Shown here: piece after piece, positions 55,926-64,000 of the stretch | Numbering within the stretch: the stretch's first letter is position 1 | How the letters are laid out: every line of letters begins with the position of its first letter | Origin: an uncultured virus (IMG/VR IMGVR_UViG_2850925934_000001) | Lineage: Duplodnaviria > Heunggongvirae > Uroviricota > Caudoviricetes | Reading direction: 5' to 3' (one strand) | DNA length: 64,000 nucleotides | Virus record (IMG/VR): IMGVR_UViG_2850925934_000001 | Coordinates: 1-64,000 of that record | Position numbers and translations under genes: made by a program | Notes under the pieces: model-generated | Database searches by the model: none | What the model was told of the DNA's origin: nothing | The model's input: the letters and a program-made list of their open reading frames with translations, nothing else

Positions 55926-58724
55926 ATGGCCGGAACAACAGTCGGAGAAATCCGGGCGCGGCTCGTATTAGACATGGCGGACTGGTCCCGTCGATCTCAG
56001 CAAGCTCGAAACGATATGGATCAAATGGGCCGTTCATCTGCGAATCTCTCGAAGCAAATGGGCCTCATCCAAAAGGCTTCGCTTGCGGTCGGAGGCGCAG
56101 TCGTAGCCGGCATCGGTGTTTCCGTTAAGAAAGCGGCTGACTTCGAGGAGGCCATGTCGCGAGTTAAAGCGATCAGCGGCGCGACCGGTCAGGACTTCGA
56201 AGACCTGAAGAACATTGCGGCTAAGATGGGCGCCGAAACTAAATATACAGCGGTAGAGGCGGCCGAGGGTCTTCAATACCTCGCGATGGCGGGTTTCAGC
56301 GTAAAAGCGCAAGTCGGATCGTTGCCGGCCGTGCTCAACTTGGCGGCAGCTTCAGGCGAAGGACTCGGCCGTTCAGCGGATATCGTTTCGAACATCATGA
56401 CCGGCTTCGGCATTAAGGCGGAAGATTCCGGTCATGCCGTTGACGTACTCGTAAAAGCGATGACGACGGCCAACACGGATCTACCGCAATTAGGCGATGC
56501 AATGAAATTCGTCGCCCCTGTCGCGCACTCTCTCGGTTACTCCATCGAAGATACTGCGACGGCCGTTGCGAAAATGTCAGACGCCGGTATTCAGGGATCG
56601 ATGGCGGGTACGGCGCTTCGTGCGTCACTCTTACACCTTACGAATCCGGTAGGGCAGTCGGCCAAGGCGATGAAAAAGTACGGCATCGAAGTAAAGGACG
56701 CTCACGGAAATCTAAAGCCGATACCGGAGCTCGTCGGCCATATTTCGAAGCAGTTCGAAGGGATGACGTCGGCACAGAGAACGGCCGCGGCGGCACAGCT
56801 CGTCGGAGTTGAAGCGGCTTCCGGATTCGTTACGCTTTTGGGCGTCGGAGAAAAGGGACTGCGCAACTATTCGAAGACGCTGAAGGAAGCCGGCGGGACA
56901 GCGGACAAAGTAGCGAAAACGCAGATGGATAACCTCAAAGGGTCATTCGAACAGTTTACGTCTGCGCTCGACGGCCTCGGAATCGCGATCGGTAACGAGT
57001 TTTTACCTACTTTCCGAAAAATTGTCGATACCGGTACGAAGGTAGTCGAGTTCCTTAGCGAACTAAATCCGGGGATCATTACGACGGGCCTCGAAATGGC
57101 GGGCGCGGCGGCAGCTGTGGCGCTGGTTGCGTCTTCCATGATGAAACTTGGAATCGCAGTGCGGGGTTTGTTCGTTGCGATGGGTCCGGCCGGATGGATA
57201 ATCACCGGGCTTTCTTTATTAGCGGGAGCACTCGTCGGGGTGAAAGCGGGATACGATCAGATGAACACCGTTAGTTTAGAGGCGGCCGAGTCGAAGCAGA
57301 AGGAAATAGATTCTATAAACAGCTTAACGAAAGAGTTCGATAAACTTCAAAATAAAACGAAGCTGACTGCCGATGAATTCGTTTACTATCTCGATTTGAA
57401 TGATCGAATTAAAACGGAGACGGATGCCAATTCCATTAAACGGATGAAGGAAGAACAGGAAGAGCTGCGAAAAAAATCAGGTCTTACAAATGAGGAATTT
57501 AATCGCTACTTAGATTTAAACGATAAGGTTATCGCAAAAGCTCCGGACACTGCGGCCGCAATCAGCGAGCAAGGCAATGCCGCAGCAAAGAACACAGACG
57601 CATTAAAGCGTCTTAACAAAGAAAAAGCCGAGGAACTCCGGCTGGATCTGGAAACCCAAAGGGCTAAAGCTGAGGCCAATATGTCTAAATATATAGCCGA
57701 AGAAGCGCGATTAAAAGAAAAAGTTAATGCGTTGACGAGAGAGCGATCCGATTTAGAGCAGCAGGTATCTGATCAATTACAAGTTGTGGCAGCTAAAGAG
57801 AGCGAATTGGCGGCAGCTAAAGAGGCTAAAGATACAGCACGGGTGGCAATAGCTGAAAATGAGCTCAACTTAGAGCAAACAAAGTTGCAGAGATTACGAG
57901 AACAGTTTTCTACAAATATGGAAAACCTGAGCTCCAAGAATCAAGAGCTCCAAAAGACCCGTGAGAATATCAATCAGCTAGATGTCGTTAATCAGAAAAT
58001 GATCGACCTTGAGCTCCGTCAAGTTGGATTAAACGCCAAAAAGGGCGAAGGCGTGAGAGTGATCGATAAGGAGATTGGGCGCTTACAAGATGCGAAGGCG
58101 AATCTGAAAAACAACACGACAGCAGCCGATCGTAAAACGGATGAATATCGAAAGTCTGTTAAAGCAATTGACGACGAGATCGCAAACCTTCGTACCGCAA
58201 GAGGTCGGGTCGCGGATATTACGTCAGAAGCCCAAAGAATGAACGCTGCTCTAAGTAAGGACATCACGAAACGAATCACGACAATCACATCGGATGTCTC
58301 CATGAAGACGGAGCGTGCCGTAAGCCGTGGAAAAGGGAACGAAGGTACTTACCACACTGGCGGCGTCATCGGCCTCGGGCAGATCAACAAACTTCACATC
58401 GGCGGCCTCGCATCTCAATTTGCTAATCCGATGAGTCACGAAGTCGATATCCGGGCCCTGCGTAACGAAATGGTGCTTACTGAAGCGCAGCAGGCGAATC
58501 TTATGCGGATGATAGACGCAGGACATACGACGGGGCTCGGAGATTCCGGCTTATCATCGGATATGCTGCGCGCACTCAGTTCGATTGAGCAGGCGATTAA
58601 GACGAAGGGCGGCGCTCCTATCGTGATGGATAGTGAAGTTGTTGGCCGTATTGTAGAGCCGCACATCAGTCGTATTCAGCAGGACGGATATGATTTAGAA
58701 CGGATGAGAGACGGGAGGTGGTAG
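55926..58724 (+). CDS. Tape measure protein
   Basis: 932 aa; TP901-type core FEEAMSRVKAISGAT, GIQGSMAGTALR. Confidence 0.93.
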   Translation: MAGTTVGEIRARLVLDMADWSRRSQQARNDMDQMGRSSANLSKQMGLIQKASLAVGGAVVAGIGVSVKKAADFEEAMSRVKAISGATGQDFEDLKNIAAKMGAETKYTAVEAAEGLQYLAMAGFSVKAQVGSLPAVLNLAAASGEGLGRSADIVSNIMTGFGIKAEDSGHAVDVLVKAMTTANTDLPQLGDAMKFVAPVAHSLGYSIEDTATAVAKMSDAGIQGSMAGTALRASLLHLTNPVGQSAKAMKKYGIEVKDAHGNLKPIPELVGHISKQFEGMTSAQRTAAAAQLVGVEAASGFVTLLGVGEKGLRNYSKTLKEAGGTADKVAKTQMDNLKGSFEQFTSALDGLGIAIGNEFLPTFRKIVDTGTKVVEFLSELNPGIITTGLEMAGAAAAVALVASSMMKLGIAVRGLFVAMGPAGWIITGLSLLAGALVGVKAGYDQMNTVSLEAAESKQKEIDSINSLTKEFDKLQNKTKLTADEFVYYLDLNDRIKTETDANSIKRMKEEQEELRKKSGLTNEEFNRYLDLNDKVIAKAPDTAAAISEQGNAAAKNTDALKRLNKEKAEELRLDLETQRAKAEANMSKYIAEEARLKEKVNALTRERSDLEQQVSDQLQVVAAKESELAAAKEAKDTARVAIAENELNLEQTKLQRLREQFSTNMENLSSKNQELQKTRENINQLDVVNQKMIDLELRQVGLNAKKGEGVRVIDKEIGRLQDAKANLKNNTTAADRKTDEYRKSVKAIDDEIANLRTARGRVADITSEAQRMNAALSKDITKRITTITSDVSMKTERAVSRGKGNEGTYHTGGVIGLGQINKLHIGGLASQFANPMSHEVDIRALRNEMVLTEAQQANLMRMIDAGHTTGLGDSGLSSDMLRALSSIEQAIKTKGGAPIVMDSEVVGRIVEPHISRIQQDGYDLERMRDGRW

Positions 58725-58727
58725 CGT

Positions 58728-60152
58728 TTGAGTAATACAGATTTTATAAAGAAAATCGCTCCGGATGCGCAGAAGATATTTGTAAATTATAAAATTCTCG
58801 CCAGCCTTGTAATCGCGCAGGGATGTCTCGAAAGTGCATACGGAACCAGTGGTCTTGCTGTTAATGGAAAGAACCTTTTCGGAGTCAAGGGCGAATATAA
58901 CGGAAAATACGTCATCATGAAAACGTGGGAAGTGATCAACGGAAGGAACGTTCAGGTTGACGCCAAGTTCCGAAAGTACCCGACGTGGTATGAGTCGATG
59001 CAAGACCTTGCGAAGCTTTACGTAAACGGCGTCAGTTGGGACCCAAACCATTATAAGGCGGTCGTAGGTGAGAAGAATTACAAAAAAGCAACTGCTGCGC
59101 TGGTAGACGCCGGATATGCAACGGACCCGTCTTACGCGTCAAAGCTGAACAGAATTATTGAAACGTACAACCTGACGAAGTATGACACCGCCCCGTCTCC
59201 GTCGAATCCGTCCACTCCTTCTACGCCGGACACAAACAACCCGGCTCCGGTTGTCGTTGAAGAGCCGGAGGTATCTATCGACGTTTTTTCAAGCGTTTAT
59301 ACAACACCTCCATCCGGTGTCCCTATTACGGATAGCAACTTCCGGATACTTTACAAGGACGGCCGCATAATTGACATGGCTCGCGATTTATCGGTCCTTG
59401 TAAGGAGCTTCAAAATTGCATCGCCCACTCCCGATATCGATTACGAAACGATTCCGGGAAGGGACGGCTTAGTTCGAGTAGGGAAAAACTTCGGAGCCCG
59501 AACGCTGACCGCCGAATGTCTTTTGCTCGGAGCAGATGACGTTGATTTTCATTTATTACAAGCGGAACTCTTTCACGCGCTTCATCGCGAGGAGGAGTTC
59601 TTTTTAGTTTCGGAAGCGACGCCGAAAAAACGGTGGCGGGTCGAGCTAAGCGCATCATTCACGCCTGACAGAATCGGTAGCTTTGGCGACTTTACGCTGA
59701 CTTTCCAAAGCGCCTCGACTTATTGCGAATCAGTCGGCACCACACTTGATGCGTTTACGTTTGATGCGAACAAATGGCAGATAGGCGAAGGGCTGACGGA
59801 TGATATCCCATCGTACAAACACAAGACGAAGACTTTCCGTATTTTCAATGCGGGAGCCGTCCGGCTAGATCCGAGATACATGCCTTTAAAGATTACGTAT
59901 AAAGGTGCGTCTAACAAGCTGGCGATTAAGAACAGAACAACAGGCGATCTGTGGACGTTTTCCGGCACATCTGCCGCGAAGGAAGCGATTCAAATTTCTG
60001 GGGTTACTGCGAAAAAGGGGAACGTTAGCATCTTCGGGCAGACAAATTTCGGACTCATTACGTTAGAGCCCGGGTGGAACGACTTTGAGTTAAGCGGAAC
60101 GAGCGGGGATTTTGAGGTCGCGTTTGATTTCAGATTCCACTATTACGCGTAG
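58728..60152 (+). CDS. Distal tail protein fused to N-terminal GH73 glucosaminidase
   Basis: IAQGCLES, NLFGVKG, GYATDPSY; Pro/Ser linker; Dit-like YETIPGRDG...LEPGWND. Confidence 0.85.
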   Translation: MSNTDFIKKIAPDAQKIFVNYKILASLVIAQGCLESAYGTSGLAVNGKNLFGVKGEYNGKYVIMKTWEVINGRNVQVDAKFRKYPTWYESMQDLAKLYVNGVSWDPNHYKAVVGEKNYKKATAALVDAGYATDPSYASKLNRIIETYNLTKYDTAPSPSNPSTPSTPDTNNPAPVVVEEPEVSIDVFSSVYTTPPSGVPITDSNFRILYKDGRIIDMARDLSVLVRSFKIASPTPDIDYETIPGRDGLVRVGKNFGARTLTAECLLLGADDVDFHLLQAELFHALHREEEFFLVSEATPKKRWRVELSASFTPDRIGSFGDFTLTFQSASTYCESVGTTLDAFTFDANKWQIGEGLTDDIPSYKHKTKTFRIFNAGAVRLDPRYMPLKITYKGASNKLAIKNRTTGDLWTFSGTSAAKEAIQISGVTAKKGNVSIFGQTNFGLITLEPGWNDFELSGTSGDFEVAFDFRFHYYA

Positions 60153-60163
60153 GGAGGTGCACC

Positions 60164-61564
60164 ATGTCTAGTCTAATTGTAAAGAATCTCGCTAATCAGG
60201 TCGAAGCTCTAACGGACTTCAGCGTGACGAAGAAAGATGAAATCGATAACGGTAGATCTTTAGACGTATCAGTTATACAGACGGATCGGAACGCGCCCTC
60301 CTTTCCACTGATTCAAAATGAAGGCTCTCTTTTTTATGAAGACGAGGAATTTGTCATCAGAAAGATGCGGTATGTTCCTATTAGTGGCAAGAGACTGAAG
60401 GTCGACATTACGGCCTTGCAACGTTCGTTTTCTGATCTCGGTGAGAATTACGTATATGAAACATCCGGGAAAAAGAAAAAACTTTACATCGAAGACATGC
60501 TGGACATCGCATTGAAAGGTTCTGGGTATTCTTACGAGATTTTACCGGAAGGGCTAGGTGATTCGTTTGATGTAGAGGATTTTGGAAACGGCTACTCTCT
60601 CGGATTATTAAACGATATAAAGGAGAAATACTCGGCTGAATTTGAGTGCATTGGAAAGAAAGTCTATTTCGCGAAGGAGATAGCACGAGATACAGACTAC
60701 ATCATCCGTGACCGTGTAAATGTAAAAGACCCTTCTCAGGAAATAGACACCTCTTCCATAAAAACGTACATTAAAGGATTCGGAAAGAAGGATGAAAAGA
60801 CAGGAAAATATGCGGTGGAAGCTGAGTACACAAGTCCATTAGCCTCAGTCTATGGGATCAAGCATGCAAATCCCATTTTTGATGACTCGTACACAGCAAA
60901 GGATGAGGGAAAGCTCGAAAAACGGTTAGAAAAAGAACTGACCGATAAAATTGAAATATCTATCAGCCTTACGTATATAGAGGTTAAACAATTAAACATG
61001 CAGGATATTCGCAAAGGCGATTATGTATGGTGCATATTAGAGCCCTTTGATTTGAAGACGAAGCTGCGTGTAGTCAGTGTGGAGTCTTATTCAGATCCTA
61101 AAAAGTCTCCGGTTTTTACTTTCGGAAAGGTTCGGGCGAATATCAAAAAAACAACTGCTAAATTAGGGCGGGGACAAAGCTCCGTCTCTAAGCTTATCGA
61201 TACGTCGACCGGAAAGGTGAAAGGCAGCGCCATAAGCGGAAACATAACCATCGGAAAAGACGCGATTTACGAAGACGGGTATGATCCGACAAAGCTGTCG
61301 ATTCCTACGTACGGCCGGGCAAACGCAACAACGGACGGGCTTATGAGCTCGTCGGACTATGTGAAACTAGCGAGTATCGTATTGGGCCCCGACGGTCAAG
61401 TGTCTGTCTCGCTGGCTACCGAAACAACGGACGGCTTGATGAGCGCAGCCGACTTCGCAAAGCTGAAGCGCATCAAGGTCGGTACGGCTACGGTGGATAT
61501 ATCGACACTTTCGCAACAACTCGAATCTATAAATAAGCGCCTGACTGCGCTGGAGAATAAATAA
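60164..61564 (+). CDS. Tail-associated (Tal/prophage endopeptidase-like) protein
   Basis: TYIKGFG, YTSPLASVYG; C-terminal DGLMS repeats. Confidence 0.8.
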   Translation: MSSLIVKNLANQVEALTDFSVTKKDEIDNGRSLDVSVIQTDRNAPSFPLIQNEGSLFYEDEEFVIRKMRYVPISGKRLKVDITALQRSFSDLGENYVYETSGKKKKLYIEDMLDIALKGSGYSYEILPEGLGDSFDVEDFGNGYSLGLLNDIKEKYSAEFECIGKKVYFAKEIARDTDYIIRDRVNVKDPSQEIDTSSIKTYIKGFGKKDEKTGKYAVEAEYTSPLASVYGIKHANPIFDDSYTAKDEGKLEKRLEKELTDKIEISISLTYIEVKQLNMQDIRKGDYVWCILEPFDLKTKLRVVSVESYSDPKKSPVFTFGKVRANIKKTTAKLGRGQSSVSKLIDTSTGKVKGSAISGNITIGKDAIYEDGYDPTKLSIPTYGRANATTDGLMSSSDYVKLASIVLGPDGQVSVSLATETTDGLMSAADFAKLKRIKVGTATVDISTLSQQLESINKRLTALENK

Positions 61565-61578
61565 CGAGGAGGAATACA

Positions 61579-64000
61579 ATGCCGAAATTTCCGTACAGAA
61601 AGGCCGGGGCGGCGTGGGACCGTGTTTTTCGTAACGACCACAACCAAAACCTCGATGACATTGCGGACGATATTAAAGGATCGTATACGGAATTGGCCGC
61701 ACATAAGAACGCGAAAACCGCCCACACGTCGGAGCAAATCGACCATGGCGGTTTTTCTTTGCGCACATATATCGACGGCCTGTATAACCGTATCAGAAAT
61801 CTTATCCTTAACGCGGATGGCACAAACGTAAAAGAGGTCGTTGACGCTCGTGTAGACGCGGAAGGAAACATCGCGCCGTTATTGAAAGAGCGGCTCGATA
61901 AAGAGTATAACAAGCTGCTGCGAAAAATTGAGCGTGATGTAAACGTTGACGACTACGGAGCCGATCCGACAGGCGTTACCGATAGTACAGAAGCGTTTAA
62001 AAAGGCGATCGGGAACGGAAAGGTGCGGCTGAATCTATCGGCAGGTACGTATATCGTTAAAGGCATCAAGTTGCCGTCATGGACGTATTTGATCGGCCAA
62101 GGCATGGGCGTTACTACGCTGAAGCTTCATGAAGATACGCCGGCGAGCGAGTGGGTCATCATTAACGCAGACCCGGCATCCGGCAACCGGAATATCGTAG
62201 TCCAAGGAATGTCCCTCGACTGGAATCCGGATCGTCAAGGCGGCGTTAGTTCTACCGGCGGAATTCATTCAAGCTGCTTAACTTTTGCGCAAGTGAAGTT
62301 CGGTATCGTACGGGAAGTCGAAGGCATTAATCCGGGGCTCCACTGTTTCGACGTATCGGCCCCTTCCTACGATATTACTGCGAAGGATTATACCGCAACA
62401 GGTAGTAAGTACGTCTGGATCGATCGATGCGTCGGCTATGGATACGGCGATGACGGGATCACTACGCACTACAGCGAATATATCTTCATCACCAATAACG
62501 TAATGACAAATCCGCGTGGCACAGCCCATCGTAAGGGCGGAGCTAATTCGAATGGTATCGAGGTCGATGACGGATCTAAACACGTATGGCTTCTCGATAA
62601 CTATACCGAGGGGAACGTCCGTGGCGTAGAAGTAAAGGCACACACGGAATGGCCGGCGCCTTGTAATGTTCATATTCGCGGACATGAATCGTTTCGCGAT
62701 GTACGTTCATTCGACTTGAGGCATATCGGACACCACTTAGCGACTGATCCTTGGAGTGAGACGGCAAGGGACGTAACGCTGATCGACTGTACTTCACGAG
62801 AGCCGATATACAATTCGCTTTATGAAGGGCTGGAGCCGAAAGCGTTAGTTGTCTCGGCATACCAACGCGTGAAGATAATCGGTTTTACTGCGATCGGTGA
62901 TCCTACGTATGACTACAAAGGAAAATCGGTGATTGCCTTTCAATACAAAAGCCGGAAGATAACCGTAACTGGTCTGCAAATTTCCGGTTTTAAAAAGGCC
63001 GGCTATGATATCAACATTACCGGAGGCGACCAGCGCACAGATGACGTCTCCATTTCCAATTTCGTCATACATGATTCAGCGCAGAATGGCATCGAGATCG
63101 GAGGCGGGGTCTATAACGTAAACTTGGAAAACGGACTTCTTCACGTAGCAAGTGGCACGGCCGGCATCACATCGCCAAATACGCAAACAAATATCTTAAT
63201 GGTCCGGGCGTATGGTTATGAGAGCGCGGCAGTCCTCGGAGGCCAGAAACATAAGGTCGTCCCTAACAACGTAAAAGGCGGTTTCCGTGCTGCTTCTACG
63301 TCGGGTCACGTTTTAGACAAAACAAGTGCGGTGATTGCGACCACGGGCGGATGTACAACGAAAGGACCTAGAAACGTCGTTCTAGGCGCCAGTGGTGGCT
63401 CATCCACAACAGCTTCGCGTCAAGCGGTTATAGCGTCAAACAATTCACATACAAAAGGTGACGGGCCGTCGAGGGTCGTACTCGCTGCCAACGGGGTTAT
63501 CAACGACAACGGATACAGCGTCAGAGGGGGATACGGAAGCGGAAGCGCCTCGACCGGAAATACGAAATGGGAACTCGATTCAACTGGCGGACATATTCGT
63601 GGTACAGGGCGGGTAGAAAGCGTTTCAGATTTCAAAGACTTCGCGGAGTATTTCGAATCTGCTGACGGTCAGAAAATCGATTCAAGCTATCTGGTTGCGT
63701 TAGAAGGCGATAAGATACGAAAAGCAGGCGAAGGAGATAAGATACTCGGAGTTGTTTCGGAAACGGCCGGCTTGGTACTCGGAGGCGCAGCGTTCTATTG
63801 GAACGATCAGTTCGAAAGGAACGAATTTGGCGGCTTGGTTTACGAAACGGTTATCGATGGCGGCGAAGAGTTAAGCGTTCCAAAATTAAACCCCGACTAC
63901 GACCCTTCTCTCGAATATGTGCCGCGTGACTCTCGGGACGAATGGCATGTCATCGGCCTGATTGGTCAAGTCTTTGTCAGGATTGACGAAACAGTGGCCG
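61579..64000 (+). CDS. Tail spike/pre-neck appendage (beta-helix + peptidase G2 chaperone), truncated by window end
   Basis: RBS GAGGAGG; EVVDAR, VDDYGADPTG, in-frame DFAEYFES at 63637; absent from ORF track because no stop is reached. Confidence 0.88.
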   Translation, partial: MPKFPYRKAGAAWDRVFRNDHNQNLDDIADDIKGSYTELAAHKNAKTAHTSEQIDHGGFSLRTYIDGLYNRIRNLILNADGTNVKEVVDARVDAEGNIAPLLKERLDKEYNKLLRKIERDVNVDDYGADPTGVTDSTEAFKKAIGNGKVRLNLSAGTYIVKGIKLPSWTYLIGQGMGVTTLKLHEDTPASEWVIINADPASGNRNIVVQGMSLDWNPDRQGGVSSTGGIHSSCLTFAQVKFGIVREVEGINPGLHCFDVSAPSYDITAKDYTATGSKYVWIDRCVGYGYGDDGITTHYSEYIFITNNVMTNPRGTAHRKGGANSNGIEVDDGSKHVWLLDNYTEGNVRGVEVKAHTEWPAPCNVHIRGHESFRDVRSFDLRHIGHHLATDPWSETARDVTLIDCTSREPIYNSLYEGLEPKALVVSAYQRVKIIGFTAIGDPTYDYKGKSVIAFQYKSRKITVTGLQISGFKKAGYDINITGGDQRTDDVSISNFVIHDSAQNGIEIGGGVYNVNLENGLLHVASGTAGITSPNTQTNILMVRAYGYESAAVLGGQKHKVVPNNVKGGFRAASTSGHVLDKTSAVIATTGGCTTKGPRNVVLGASGGSSTTASRQAVIASNNSHTKGDGPSRVVLAANGVINDNGYSVRGGYGSGSASTGNTKWELDSTGGHIRGTGRVESVSDFKDFAEYFESADGQKIDSSYLVALEGDKIRKAGEGDKILGVVSETAGLVLGGAAFYWNDQFERNEFGGLVYETVIDGGEELSVPKLNPDYDPSLEYVPRDSRDEWHVIGLIGQVFVRIDETVA

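Larger units (their letters stand above)
1..64000 (+). mobile_element. Temperate Bacillus siphovirus prophage (partial; att sites and lysis module outside window)
   Basis: Integrase to tail module in canonical order; Bacillus-type RBS, SigA promoters, LexA box, arbitrium. Confidence 0.95.

Overview
Most of a temperate siphovirus prophage of a Bacillus subtilis-group host. It runs from the tyrosine integrase (base 1) through early and replication genes (DnaC-like loader, DnaB helicase, primase, SSB-like protein, family-A DNA polymerase, RNA ligase, DnaQ, RuvC) and nucleotide metabolism (nrdI, nrdE, nrdF, dut, thyX, dNMP kinase), with a group I intron plus HNH endonuclease in nrdE. A methyltransferase, sigma-like regulators and a moron cassette (poly-gamma-glutamate hydrolase, beta-helix enzyme, GT2) follow, then a second small tyrosine recombinase and the packaging, head and tail modules, ending in a tail spike cut off by the window. 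The phage has its own arbitrium pair (AimR 10913-12139, AimP 12078-12209, predicted peptide DIRVGA). The most striking observation is a separate 28-codon gene at 36553-36639, missing from the ORF track, with its own promoter, RBS and terminator. It encodes MG-EIKLGA-NPLE-SAIRGA-GPAE-SASRGA: three tandem arbitrium-like hexapeptides, including the phi3T signal SAIRGA, with no signal peptide and no adjacent receptor. This is a candidate intracellular arbitrium mimic that could push competing phages toward lysogeny. Other observations include a tRNA-like RNA, an SOS-box-controlled membrane peptide, two repeated phage promoter motifs, an XRE mini-regulon and candidate recombinase sites. All calls were made by eye; no database searches were run.
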